Shown: piece after piece, positions 50,011-64,000 of the stretch
Layout of the letters: every line of letters starts with the position of its first letter
Numbering within the stretch: the first letter of the stretch is position 1
Source of the DNA: the human T2T-CHM13v2.0 reference genome, Homo sapiens
Assembly: GCF_009914755.1 (NCBI RefSeq)
Contig: NC_060942.1
Reading direction: 5' to 3' (one strand)
Length of the DNA: 64,000 bases
Made by a program: the position numbers and the translations under genes
Notes under the pieces: model-generated
What the model was told of the DNA's origin: nothing
The model's database searches: none
What the model saw: the letters and a program-made list of their open reading frames with translations, nothing else

Positions 50011-50737
50011 AAAAATCTTTACTAAAAGAGTAGGATGAAATGAAAAGGAGGTGGGTGAGAATAGGTGAGCCCGACAGGATGCAGGGCCCATGGCCTGTAT
50101 TGAGGAGACAAAGATCATTGCACATCTGCCGCCTGGCAAATATACTTCATGAGGGAAATTATCCTTGGTGGGGTGGCTGTGGCCCTGCCTCAAAGCTTCC
50201 TCTGAGCCGGGGCTGGCTGCTGCGGTGCTGGGAGTTGACACAGGTGCTCTCAACTCAGCAAGCTGGAAATGTAAATGATTCTGGTTCTTTGGCCCTGAGT
50301 TCTGGGGGTTGGTGTTTGGGGGATGGAAACCATGATGGTGCAAACACCTCCCCGTCTTTGCCCTCCCATTTTTGGAGGGCCCTCCCAGCTGTGCGACTCT
50401 GACGGGACATGAGGTAGAGCCACCCAAGTGATCCAGGGGCTCTCTGGGTGGTCTAGGACCTCACCCTGAGCTGCCCCCTTTCCTGCCCCACTGTCTGGGA
50501 TGGTTCTCCCGGCACCAGCTCATAATGGAGTCTACCACCCGTTAGGGGTCAGCGCTTTCTGTCCCACCTCTTCCTGAGTTACGGGATCAAGCAGGATAGA
50601 AGCGCAGCCTGTTCTGGAGCAGAGACAGCTTTGGAAATCATCCAAGGTGGGGTGGGGGCAGAGAGGTGACAGAACTGCAGGGTGAGAAGTCACACCACAG
50701 TGCTGCCCTCAGCAGCTGACACCTGGGCTCCCTATGG

Positions 50738-50919
50738 CACCCTCTTCTCACCCGAGAGGGGCCCCATGCCCACCTCCTCTCCTCACCCGAGAGGGATGCC
50801 GTGCCCACCTCCTCTCCTCACCTGAGAGGGACGCCGTGCCCACCTCCTCTCCTCACCCGAGAGGACGCCGTGCCCACCTCCTCTCCTCACCTGAGAGGGA
50901 CGTCGTGCCCACCTCCTCT
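50738..50919 (+). repeat. 35-bp minisatellite, about 5 copies
   Basis: Unit gtgcccacctcctctcctcacc(c/t)gagagggacgcc starts at 50766, 50801, 50836, 50870 and 50905. Confidence 0.95.
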
Positions 50920-53900
50920 GGCCAGCAGAGACCTGCCTGTCCTCTAATACTTGAGATTCTATCACATACGCTGAACACTTTGGCCGGCACACATGTTTCC
51001 TTATTCAGCCATGTCACCTTCTCCCACTTACCATTATTATTTACTTAATCCCTTCCATTTACCAGCTTGATGCCTCGTCTCTGAATAGACTTTCAATTCA
51101 GTGAGGGTGGAGACGGGCTCTTCTATGTCTATACGGCTAAGTGGAGGGCCCAGCTCCTCATTCAGGGGTCTGCAAGCTGGAGACCAAGAGGGACTATGGG
51201 GGTGGGGGAAAGAGATCCAAGATTGGGGCACTGAAGGGAGATTGGGAAAAGTTGGCAGAGTGAGGAGGGAAGGGAGAAGGAGTGTGTGGCAGGAGAGGTG
51301 AGCACTGGGCCAGGGAGAGGCAGGCAGCGTGGGCAGCGGGAGGGTGCTGTCGGGCTAGGGTGCACGCAGGGGTGGCGGATGCCCCTCTCCGACATGGGCA
51401 GCGTGCAGACCATGGTGCAAGGGGTACTGCTGTGGCCAAGAAGGTGGGCGGTGCCCTCTCCCATGTGGGGGGAAGACACAGTGCAGCAGAATTAATTGCA
51501 CGGAGATGGCAGTAATTTACAAAGCCCCCATGTGCCGGGATAAAAGGCCCTTGTCATTGTGAAGTGAAGGAAGTACAATTTCCTGCCCAACTCTGAACAG
51601 GGCCGAAGCCTGGGGTGTAATCATCACGGAAGGGAAGGTTCCCGATGTGATGCTCTCCCTCCTCCCACCCCAGCTGGGTCTTGCCTTGCTACTAATTGAA
51701 TTACAGAATTAGCCAGAGGAAGGTGGCCCTAGAATAGGAAGGTCTGGATTTTAATAAAACATCAGATCCTTTAGGCCTTGGACTTGGCCGGCCTGGAGGA
51801 AGTGGGAGAAGGCTGGGCGGTGGGGAATGGGAAGGTAGCAGGAGGCCCACTAGCCAGACCTAGGGGCCGAGGAAGGGGCTCCCTGAAGGCCCCTCTGCCC
51901 CAAATCTCCACTCATCCACCTGCCATGGTGCCTGAAATCACAGCCTGGGAGCATCACTCCTTAGTGGTCCTCACCCCCGGCTGCACCTGAGAATCAACTG
52001 GAAGATTTAAAAAACATGCAGGCCACTGCAGAGAAGTTATAGTAGCATCTCTGGGAGTGGATCGCAAGAGGGAGGGAGGGAAAGTCCACCAGCTTCCCTG
52101 GGAAGAGGGTTACTGATGTTCTGAGGTCACATCTGTTCCCCCATCCAGGCTCTGTCTTTCGTGCTCTGGGTGGGCAAAGACAGTCTTCCTGGTACCTTTT
52201 GAAGCAGATGTTCTGCTGCCACGTGAGAGAGAGGCAGCTACAGAGCAGCTCATCATGTACATGTTCTTCCTCTGCAAATGTCCTCCCACTTCGAGTACCC
52301 GGCTGGAGTCTACACAGCCTTTAAGACTCACTTCTTAGGTCTTACTCCAAGCTGAAGCCCTGAGCATCTACCTCAGCCACTTTGGTCTCACCTTCTATGG
52401 ATTCGCATGTGGCCTCTGCCCATGGCCTGCCTCAAGGATGAGCCTCATTTTCTTACCTCAACCATGAACAACTTGAGGCTGGGCCCTTGGGGCTCAGCAG
52501 GACTGAGTAACAGGCGGGAAAAAGACCCCATGGGTCTGTGCCTCTCTCTCTGCTCTTCTCTGTGTGTCCAGCCAAGGTTGACCCTCCTGCCATCTTCCCA
52601 GGACCTTTTCTGGCCATTCTTGTTTCCCTAGTTATTTCCACCTGGATCTTCTTCCCTCTCTCTTCCCACTCCTCCAAGTACTCCCTGCTGGTATTCCAAC
52701 AATTCCTGCAGTTGTCTTCTCTCCATGTGACACAGTGATTCCCCACCCACATAATAAATTTCTGACTTCCTCTTGCTTCTCCACCCCCATGGGGTAAACC
52801 CAAGCCTAAGAACATCATCCTTTCCTCTGCTGCCTTCCCCCATGCCTCACCCCTTTAGAGCCCACGTAACTTTCTAGGAGTGTCTAAGTTTTCCTTCCTC
52901 CAGGAAGCCTTCCCTGACTACTTCAACCCCAACCTCTCTCATAGCCCTTGGCAATGGTCTGTCTCATTTTGCAGTTAGAATCATACACGTCTTTGCCTTG
53001 CATTTGTGTGTGTTCACCCAGAATGTAAATACTCTATTATAGGAGTAGCTCACCCCAGGGCCCCCTTTCCCCCAGTGGCAGACAGCGTAGAATGCAGAGA
53101 TTGCTGAGCTCCATTCTGCCTCTGGCTGGGTGAGAGTGAGCGGAGTGGCAGCAGGAAGTGGCTGCTGCAGGGATGCGGGTGTGGGGGAGGTGGGCCATGG
53201 GGTCTGGGGAAGTGAACACATTGCTCAGGCCCCTGGTAGCAGGAGCCATACGTCTTCCTCAGAGGAGGCAGCCTGCAGGGTGGGGGTGATGGGGACTGCA
53301 GAGGTGGGGGAGGGGGAAGATGGATGGTCCCCTAAGCCAATGCATCAGAGGCTGCAGCCTGCTCTCCTCTTTAGGGGCTCTCCAAGTGCTGGAATCTCCC
53401 CCTTGGCCATGCATTCTTCTTTCAGGCTCCGTACTGCCCTCCAGAGTCTCCTCTCTTTAAATCAGAAACTCCAGAGAAGAACATGGCCCATTCTAGAGTG
53501 CGAATGAGTTTTGTTGAGTTAAACTCCTCTGTGTGGTATGGGAAAATAAATGGCTCACTGTGACTCTTTCTGCCCTTTGTACCCACAAGACAGAGATGTG
53601 CACAGAGCTGGGGTGGTCCAGATTTTCCTCAAGCTAGATTTGAATCTCCCAGGAAAGGGACCAACCTTCTCTTTCTCTTCTTGCTGAGCTCAGGGCAGCG
53701 TGTTCAGACCGAGGGACCTAAGTGGCTCTGGACAAGGAGGTGCAGACCTCAGAGGGTTAAAGAACCAGCCAGTGGGTCCTTTGCCAAGTGTCCATCCTTT
53801 CCAGTTGCCCTTGTTTATGCCCTAAAAGCTTGAGAATTACATGTCTGGTGTCGGCTGCTCCATCTTTATAGCACTGTGAAAAAAGACAAAGTGGACGTGA

Positions 53901-56900
53901 CATATTGATGGCCTGTCCCCCTTTTCAGCAAAGAGCTCCTCCATCTATGGTCAGGGCTGATGGGCCCATGAGGTTCAGGAAAGTAGGGACTGGCCCAGGG
54001 TGGGTGTCAGCCTTTCCAACCTGGGCTTGCAGAAGTGAAGCCTGCTCAGCTGACCACATTTGTTGGGCTTTGTTCCTGCAGCCAGGGGCTTGCTTCTGTA
54101 CCTCTTCTCTGGCCAGCAGCTCCTACTGGTCCCCAGGAGAGCGTGAGGGTGCTCCCTTATGTGTGTTTTTTTGGCAGAGGGCCTTGATTTGCCAGAGTGC
54201 TGTCATGTGCATGATCTCACCATTCTTACACCTCAGCATAGGCTCGGGATGGGGTGCGTATCGTCGGCATCTGACAGCTCAGAAGCTTGAGACTGGGAGA
54301 GGCCCTGAGATGTGGCCACAGTGGGAGAGCAGAGACTCTGGTATCCTGATGGCTATTTTTGGGCTCAGTTCCTGCTTTCCCCTCCAGGAGCCCTAGGCAG
54401 TGTCTGAGGACAGTGTGAGGACGGGCCATGCTCAGGGAGACACGAGGGTCCTTGGAAGGGAGAGGTCCTCCCTCCCCACCCCCAATCCTGTGGCCTTCTC
54501 TTGGGATAAGGGGCTCAAGGGTGACCTCATCTTCTTCCCGCAGACACCCAAGTAGAGTCAGCTGAGGTGGTGCCTGTCCTTCCTCTATCACAGGTGCCCT
54601 TTCAAATGTCAAAGGCAGGCATGCCATGGGCTCCTCTGCAGAGGTCTCTAGCTGAGCATCAAGGGTGGATTTCAAATGCATTTGGGGCATTTGCTATTCA
54701 CATGAGTGCCAGGATAAATTCTTTGCTAGAACCTAGAAACTGAACTATGTTCCTTTCTGATGAACCTGGTAGGGGAGTTTAGATCTTCCTGTTTGAATTC
54801 TCTTAGACCAGGGTGAGAAGCCAGGCTCAAGTCAGTGGGGACGGCCCACAGTGGAAGGGGCTCTCAGAGGCCTCCTTGGCAAGACCAAAACCATCGCTAA
54901 ATTACGTGATATGGGCGACAGACAGGGTCCCCGATGAAGCTAGGCATCTTCACTTGTTTGGGAGGGAAACCACCTCCCTCCTCTCCAACAGCTTCTGAGC
55001 CTCTGCCTCACTCCTTCCACCCTTGCCTGGATTCCTTCTCCCTCTTGGCCTGTTTTTTCAGAACTTCAGAGCCTCACTAGCTGACCTCAGCCACATGGCT
55101 CAGCCCTGGCCTGACACCCTGACCTCCTCAGCACATAAGAATCACACCATGCCCCATCTGAGGCTCCAGTGGCTAGTGTCATTTGCTTGGTTGTGTGTGT
55201 GTCTTATACCTGCACAGCGAGCTCAGCAAATACTTGCCGAGTGAGTGGCAGAGAATTCCCCTTGCTGGAGCTCTTCATGGCCATGGGACTGGTGAAGTGG
55301 AGGTGGGGGTCATTTTTCACAGAGGGAGTGCCTTCCCCATGCAGAAGGAAGCTCAGAGGACTCTGTCCTTAGGCTGCCTCTGAAGTCCCCATCCCTATCC
55401 CCAGGCCTGAAGCACTCCCTGATATATCCACAGGGACAGCTCTCTGCCCTCATGATTTGTGTGCATGTGTGCTTGTGTGTGTGTGTGTTTTGGGGGGTGC
55501 GATGGGCTTCTCTGACTCTTATCTCCCATGAAAGGAGAATAGATCATAACAGCAAGGCAGTGGACCTATGAGTCCCTTTGTGGCTTCTTAGGACAGACCC
55601 TCCCTTTGGGTCACACAGCCAAGCCATGCCTCCCTCCCCCAGCAGTGTGTGACCATATCACTGTGGGCCTTTTCTTATTCCCTCCTCATGTCTGGAGTGC
55701 CTTCCCCACTCTTGGGCCCTCCATCAGATCCTCCAACCCTTTGAACCGTGTTCAAGCTGCAGCTCCTCAGTGTAACCCTCCCAGCTTCTCAGCCCTTGCT
55801 GGGTCTCCTTCGAAAATGTCTGATGCCCTCAAACGAGTGCTTGGTTGAGCAGCTTTCTGCTGTTCTCATCTGTGAGAATCCTGTCCCTCAACTAGACCAC
55901 AGCGCCCAGGGCTGGACCTCTTCTCTGGAACCCCCTTACCAAGCCCCAGGATGGGGTTTCATAAGAGTAGCTGGGTTGAGCTGAACAAAATTCAGGAGGG
56001 GAGGGTGTGTCCACCCCTCTTTGATTGCAGGGTCTGGTCACATGGTGGCACTCAGGACCTGCCTGGTGAGGTGAAATAATCTCGCCTCTGTCCTCTGGCT
56101 TCTTCCTAACAGGCTCTAATTCACTTAAAGAACAACAACACAACAACAACAATAAATTTTTTTTAAAAAAGAAGCACACCAACCAAGAAATTCCAACCTC
56201 AGCATCCAAGACAGGCTATTTTGAAAAGACCAATAGCCAGGAGTCCCATATTACAGGATCAATGTTTGGAAAATGTGACTTTCTTTTTAAAAGAAGAAAA
56301 ACAATCTCACACTGTCCTGGTAGGCCACAGTCCAGCTGTCGATAGAGGGTGTCTTTCTCTCATGATCTTGGCCATTTAAGCCGCTGTTCTGGCCGGGCTT
56401 TGGGCTGCACCCAACATCAATACGGTAAGTTCAATCACAGGCATTTAGCAATATTTAACCTGAGGGCTGCGGCGAAGAAGGAGTTAGCAACTGTGACTGG
56501 GACGCCAGCCTCAATGAGTCAATCCCTCAAATCCAGAGGGGCCCTAAGGAAGCAGCATTCTCATTTTTCAGAGGGGTAGGGGCTCTGGGTTTTGCTCTAG
56601 AGGCAGCTGGCCCCGGTCCTGGGAAGGGCTAGAGCTATTCCAAGTCATCCTGCAATCATTGCTGACTCTCAAGGAGTGCCCAAGGTGGATGAGAGGAGTT
56701 GGTAAATGGGGAGCCTGGCCTATGGGGTAAGACAGAGCCTAGCATTTGGCTCTAAAGTTTCTTTTCCCAGAGAACCACCCACATGCCCACAGAGCCCACC
56801 AAGAGAGAAATGAAGCCAACTTATCAGCTGACTGGTACACAAGACCCAACAAACCATGTGACTGGGGTTGGAGGTGCTGTCTTCTGTGGATGGAGTGAAA

Positions 56901-56996
56901 AGATGCTTCATTCATTCATTCATTTCGCAACCATTTATTGATGGTCCACAATTTGCCATGAAAGACATACCCCCTGCTTTAAAAGAGACAATTGGT

Positions 56997-57640
<644 letters not shown>

Positions 57641-57884
57641 CTGCAGCCTTGAGAAGGAGGTTACTCAACTCTGCCTGGGGGAGAACTCAGTGCAGGGACA
57701 CCTGAGTGAATCACCAACCCAGAGTGGCCTTAAGGGAAGGGTGTGCTAGGGCAAAGCTCTGCATATGCAAAGACTGAACAGAGTGGGTTTGGGGGCCCTG
57801 GAGTGGTTTAGAAGGGCTGGAGCCTGTAAGAGCACCATCTCCTCAAAGCTCCCCCAGGTGCCTTCCTAAACATCTTTCTTTGGC

Positions 57885-58170
57885 TTTCTCACTTTCTGTT
57901 CTTCCTCTCCTCTCTTCCCCTTCCCTTCCCTCCTTTCCCCTCCCCTCTCCTTCCCTCTTCTTCCCTTCCCTTCCCTCCCCTCCCTTTCCTTTCCTTTCCC
58001 TCCTTTCCATCCTCTCCCCTTCTCTTCCCTCCTCTTCCCTCTTCTCCCCTCCCCTCCCTTCCCCTTTCTTCCCCTCCCCTCCTCTTCCCTTCCTTTTCTC
58101 TTTCTTCTTTATGTCCTTTCCATTGCCTGACTCCTCCCTCTTCCCTTCCCTTCTCCCTCCCTCCCTTCCT
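57885..58170 (+). repeat. Polypyrimidine (CT-rich) tract, about 285 bp
   Basis: Almost only C and T, in ttccc/ctccc units. Confidence 0.93.
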
Positions 58171-59369
58171 GTCATTCTGTTTTGTCTCATGACTAGCACC
58201 TATATTATCTCTTGTCCACCTATTTAATTTTCCCCCGACCATCCCAGGCTGCAGCATTTTTCCCATCCCTACACAGTGGTAACATGGGACCTTGAGGTTC
58301 CTGTCACCAGCCAGCTGGTGACTCTGAGAAAGCCATCCAACCCCTGTGGCCTGATTGCTGCCATCCGCAGGGTGTCTGGAGTTCCGGGAGAGGGTTGCAC
58401 CTGGCCTGGGAGGGAGGTGGGTCTGGCTATGACAGTAGCCTCTGCTTTCTTCTGGGAGCCCTGGGGTAGTTTACAGAGTCTCTTCCAGAATCTGTGAAAT
58501 GGGGATAATGACACTCACCCGCTGGGGTCCTGAGTGCCCAGCAGAGCACCTGGGATATAATTAATGGGGAGTGTTACTCTTGTTGTTGTTGTCCGTAGTA
58601 ATAGTTGTGATGTGATGCTTAAATTCCCTACAGTGTGAAAAATGGCTTTGGCCTTTGTACTGTCTATTGTCTGCTTCCTTTTGTAGGACCTGTGTGTGTT
58701 CTTTGGTTATAACCACACTCATACACACTCATAGGGGACAGGGACCTCATTGCACTTCCTGTACAGCACAGGCCAGCATGTGTCGGGGCTCAGAACGACA
58801 GATGGTTTGCTTAGAGAGTCTAGGATGCTGGTGTGTTTTGTTTCCCTTGTGTGTGTGTGTCTAAGATGCTAATGACAGGAGGCGGTAATGAGCTGGCAGG
58901 GGCCTAGGTGACAAAGAGCTGGCTTCATGCATCCCCAAAGAGGCACCTCAGTGCCAATTGTTTCTTTTGTGAGAGGAATTGTCAAGACCTGGGAATGTGG
59001 GCTGGGGAGGGCTGGAGAGAGGAAAGTTGGGGCGTTGCAGACAAGGTTTACAGGAGGCAGATCTCCACACAGGAGCAGAACAGGGTCCTGGCAGCACTGA
59101 GAGGGGACAGCCTGGGAGGGAAGGGGAGCCCCAAGAGGGTGGCAGGTCCCTCATGGGAAGGGAAGGAGTGTGGATTGAGCACTCTCAACCGTGTTACCTG
59201 TTGACTTCTCAAGCGGACCCTGTGAGCTCTGCAATGGCAGGGCTGGCCCCTCTGCATGCCTCTTGTCTGCCCTACTCCTGGCACAGGGCCTGGCATGGGG
59301 ACTGGAAGCATGGGGTGAGGGATGGTCAATGGTTTGCATGACAGTGCTGACTGGAGGGCTCCAGCAGGT

Positions 59370-59510
59370 CAATAGGTCTCTCTGGGCTTCAGTTTCCTTT
59401 TTTGTAAAGTGGGTTTGATGATCCCTACCCATGAGTCTGTGTCCTCAGCATCCAGCACAGTCCTGGCACCAAGTGGGTCCTTGGCACAGACTCATCAATG
59501 AATGAATGAG
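59370..59510 (+). mobile_element. MIR/L2 remnant
   Basis: ctctctgggcttcagtttcctttttgtaaagtggg...cagcacagtcctggcac...aatgaatgaatga. Confidence 0.55.
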
Positions 59511-59974
59511 TGGAGGAGTGGGGCATGGGAAGTACACGTCCCTCTTTTACACACCAGGGAAAGGAGCACGAGTCAATCATCCCGAGAACACACATCTGGT
59601 CAGTACGGTAGCTAGAGCTCAGGTGCACCACCCTTCTCCTGGGTTGAGTAAGGCTGGGGAGCCCAGTGCCGCCCTGGCAAAGGGAGAGCAAGCCAGACAA
59701 ACTGTGTAGGAAGCTGACTGTAAGTCAACAGATGGAGGTGTGTCTCCAAGGCTGTGCACCAAACGGAAGGGAATCGGGAGAACAGATTCATGCGAGGAGG
59801 TGTAGGCCTAGTGCAGCCAGTGCCCCTGCCCCTGCCTGGGTGGACGGCAGGCGGCAGCCATGGCTGGGGAGAGAGGGAGGCACAGGTGCAATGCTCACAA
59901 GTTCGACAGCTGCATAGGGCTGTATTCTCTGTCTTCACTTCACCTTGAGAGGATCCAGGGATGGGAAGGAGTAG

Positions 59975-60449
<475 letters not shown>

Positions 60450-63269
60450 TCATTTTCTTTAGAACCTTTCTGTGTCTCAGCTAAGCTGAATGTACCCCAG
60501 CCCCACTGGGGAGGCTGAAGCACGTAGGGTGAGGTGGATAGAAGGTCCAGCTGAGGCCTCTCCTGCCTGGAATCTGAGGCTGAGCAGAGGCTCACCCCCA
60601 GCTCTACCCTTCCTGTGAGGTGTGGGGCTGATCAGAGGCCTTAGTTGTGCCAGAGACGTGGGCCATGGCCAAGGATTCAGGCCAGCTGAGAGCAGAGGTC
60701 TGGGACTGGAGTGAGAGAAGGTGGGGGTGGCCGGGATGCAGAACCATAGGGAGACCCTGGGCACAAAGGCCCCCACAGCATGGCATTGTGACAAGACACT
60801 GGTTTGGAAGCTGCACGTTAGCTCAGACGCCAGGATAGGGTCCTTCTGTCAGGTCCCTGGCCTAGCCACCTTATCTATAAAATCTCTGCTTAAGTGCAGG
60901 TTGATGTGGGAAAGTTCCAGAGAATGAAAGTGGGAAGGATGAGTCAGAGCTATGGCTTTTAATCTTGCTTCTACTTGTTCTTCCTTCAGCTGAGGGCTCA
61001 GGTGGGACAACGTGGAGCCCCAGACCCTGGCAGCCCTCTGGGGCCTGCGGGTCTCCATTCCATCATTAAGTGTCTGGGGTATCTGTTAATTGCTCAGCCC
61101 TGGCCTGGGAAGAGAAGGCAGGGAAATAGAAGAAGAAAGACCACCTGACCTCAGGGGCATCCTGCCTGGGGATGGGCCTGGGACAGAGGGATATGGAGGA
61201 AGCCAGGTAAGCTGGTGTGTGGCCCAGTAACCAAGCTTCAGACTGTAGAGGCCTGAGGAAGCCATAGACAGAAACAGGGCATCTGGGGAACCTTCCTGGA
61301 GGCTGGGCAGGCTGCCTGGGCCTCAGTGGAGGTAGGTAGGAAGAAGGAGGAGGGGAGGGCCTTGCAGTGGTTGGAGTGAACAAGTTATGTGTGGGACTCG
61401 GAGGAGCAGTGGGCATTTGCAGTCAGCCAGTGTGCTCTGTAGAAATGCACTCCAACGTTGACCAGCACGGGCTGCCTCCCGCTTTCCTCTCTCCTTCCAT
61501 TCCTCTCTTTCTCTCTCCATTTGCCCCCTTCTCTCACCAAGGTTCTCTTCTGGGGAAGCTGGGGCATGAAGAGGGAGGACACACATGGGGCTAAGGGAGA
61601 ACCAGTAGCCCTCGGCTGAATCATGTTTGTGCATCACTCGTGGTCTCAGCAGCATGGGCTGCCTCTGCCTCCCATGACCAGGCCCCCCGTGAACCTCGAG
61701 CCACTGAGCTGCCCGCTTCGTCTGTGGGTCTAAATATAGCGGTTGAGATGCGCACTCTGGAATTGGATTTGATGTAGCCCTCTGGACTCGAGCTAACTTT
61801 TGGGGAGTAGTTTTCTTGGGAGCCTGCCAGTCCAATTCCTCCCTCATGAACACTAATTACCGCACAGACCTTCTCCATGAAATCGGTGCTGAAGCCATTT
61901 CCATCCAGGCGGCTCTCCAAGACGAAATTTTTCTACTGGGAACCGACAGCCGCAAATAAACCTACCATCTACTTAGCAACAGAGAGCAAGAGCGGGAGGG
62001 AGGAAGGAAGGGGGGGCAGGGAGAGTGGGAGGGAGAAAGGAGAGGGAGGGCTCTGCTTCTTTTCTTCCTCCTGTTCTTTATTTTTCAAAAAGGATGTAAT
62101 CATCTCTCACCGGGAAGGTGGTACAGGGCATCTCATGAGACAGGACAGTGGCCCAGGAGAAAGGCTCAGGCCTCCAGCAAGGCTAGTATCTGCTTTTGGT
62201 GGCCTGAGTGTGGCCCGGGCCCCACTGCACTGCTGGGCACCATTGGGGAGCAAAGGCAGCCCCTTGCCAGCTGCAGGGTTTCTTCCCTTCTTTCCCTCCC
62301 TGATCTCCCTCAAGCCTCTGCAAGCCTGGCCTGTGCCCAGCTCCCTGTCTCACCTCACTAAGGATGGGCCCCATCCCTCTCTCTGCCTGGTGAATTCCCA
62401 CCAATCAGCCAAGGCCTCGGTAACATCTCACCTCGTCCAGGCAGCCCTCCCAAGCCCTCTAGGTAGCGCTGATTCCCTCCATTCTCAACTCTAGAGGCCT
62501 GTCCCAGGCACCCAGTGCTGGGGTCGGATCTGCTTTCCTTGCTTCCTAATTGAGCCTTTGCATTAGCTGCCCAAAGAAGGATGGGCACTAGAGGGACAGA
62601 GCCTCACAGTACCAGGTCGGGTGGGTGCATCATCACACATCTGTGAGCAGATGACATTTCCACCACGGTGCAGAGGATACCCATGAGGCACAGAGGGGTC
62701 GGATGGAATGCTCATGGTCACTCACTATCTAGGGGGAGGCAGGGCTTGGACTTAAATGCATGTGTGTGTGTCTAAAGGCCAGATACTGCGCTTTCTCTCC
62801 CCTGGCCTCCCCTGGGATGGTTCTGGGGCAGTGCCTGATTCTTTCCCACCTGTCTGCCTCAAAGGTCAGCCCAGGGCTCTGCGCTCAGCCCCTGTTCCAG
62901 GAGCACTTGCAGCCAGAGAATAGGAGAATATATTTTCCCATGAGGTTTACCAAGGTTGAGGGCAGGCTCGGCGAGCTCTTATGACTCCTGGCCCGTGGCT
63001 GGCACTCCAGCCAACAAAGCCCAAGTGGTGCCCAGAGCCTGCTGTCGAGTCACGAGTGCTGTCCCAACCTTGCCCAGTCAGCAGAAGAGCTACTTCCTCC
63101 CTCAGAAGAGCCCCTTCCACATCCTGTGCTTAGCTGTGTGCCCAGGGACACTCCAAGCCAAGGTCCCAGCTCACAAGTCACCTCCCCAGAATGCTTAGCA
63201 TCTGTTTTCTGAGACTCATGCGTGGAGGACAAGACATTCTCAGAAAAGTCACTAAAAGGGGTGCTAGCA

Positions 63270-63405
63270 CCACTTCTGCCACCAAGGTTTGATAAATCTC
63301 TTCACTTCTCTGGGTCTCAGTTTTCCCTTCCATCAAATGGGCATGCTGAGTCCTGCCCTAGTTGTCTTACATGGGTGGGTGGTGCTGGCTTCAAATGAGA
63401 TGGCA
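63270..63405 (+). mobile_element. MIR SINE
   Basis: cttcacttctctgggtctcagttttcccttccatcaaatggg. Confidence 0.65.
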
Positions 63406-63825
63406 GCAGGGAGTACTGAGAGCCGCTTGAATGTCAGGCAGTCTCCTTCAAGGTCCCTGTTCCATTTACTCTGCTTCATGCTCTCCCAAGACTCTCCTTT
63501 TCCTTCCCTGACCCCATCTGGAGTGGGTAAGTAAGGCCGGGGCTCAGTTGTCCTCTCCAGTAAGAAGCAACCAGATTCAGGGCCAAGAGAGTGGCTTCCA
63601 GAGAGCCCCTCCTGGGGCCAGGAGAGGATGGGAGTTCCTGGAAGAGCTTTCTCTTAGAAGAGACCTGGGCTAGAAATCATGAACGTGGGTTTTATGCTCA
63701 CAGCTAAGCCACTTTTCTTCTTTGGATGCCTGTGGCCTTATGTATAGGGAGGAATGGAGTTGAATGAGCTGATCTGTGCAGCCTGGCCCCTTCCATTCAG
63801 ATGGTATGGTTAAGAATGGGGCTTA

Positions 63826-64000
<175 letters not shown>

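Noticed and set aside
61865-61893. Non-canonical spaced RE1 (minus TTCAGCACC...GGAGAAG)
   Set aside because: The right half-site matches GGACAGCG poorly; only the left half is convincing.
61877-62494. 205-aa plus-strand ATG ORF
   Set aside because: It is antisense to CELF4, includes a low-complexity purine run, and has no recognisable homology or promoter support.

Overview
This is primate genomic DNA, very likely human; Alu and THE1 elements fix it as simian. It is almost entirely intronic. The only supportable coding sequence is one 83-nt minus-strand exon at 45149-45231, reading (G)[27 protein letters not shown]. This is the RNP1/helix-2 part of RRM1 of CELF4 (BRUNOL4), from recall exon 2 of the gene on 18q12. 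The exon lies in an intragenic CpG island. Higher coordinates are therefore the upstream intron (intron 1) and lower coordinates the very long downstream intron (intron 2). The rest holds MIR/L2 relics, MaLR/ERVL solo LTRs, MER DNA transposons, three Alus clustered in the last 7 kb, microsatellites and minisatellites. The main regulatory signals are a near-perfect RE1/NRSE (REST) site 1.75 kb into intron 2, a consensus CTCF site, an RFX X-box and several AT-rich enhancer-like blocks. The most unusual structures are a ~25-28-copy decayed 19-bp array with a conserved core and variable spacers (18170-18720), a ~165-bp non-tandem local duplication, and an open frame running through exon 2 in both directions. 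I see no evidence of a prokaryotic or novel multi-gene system; the other ORFs in the track look like noise. Repeat family calls come from recalled consensus sequences, and their boundaries are approximate unless a TSD is given.
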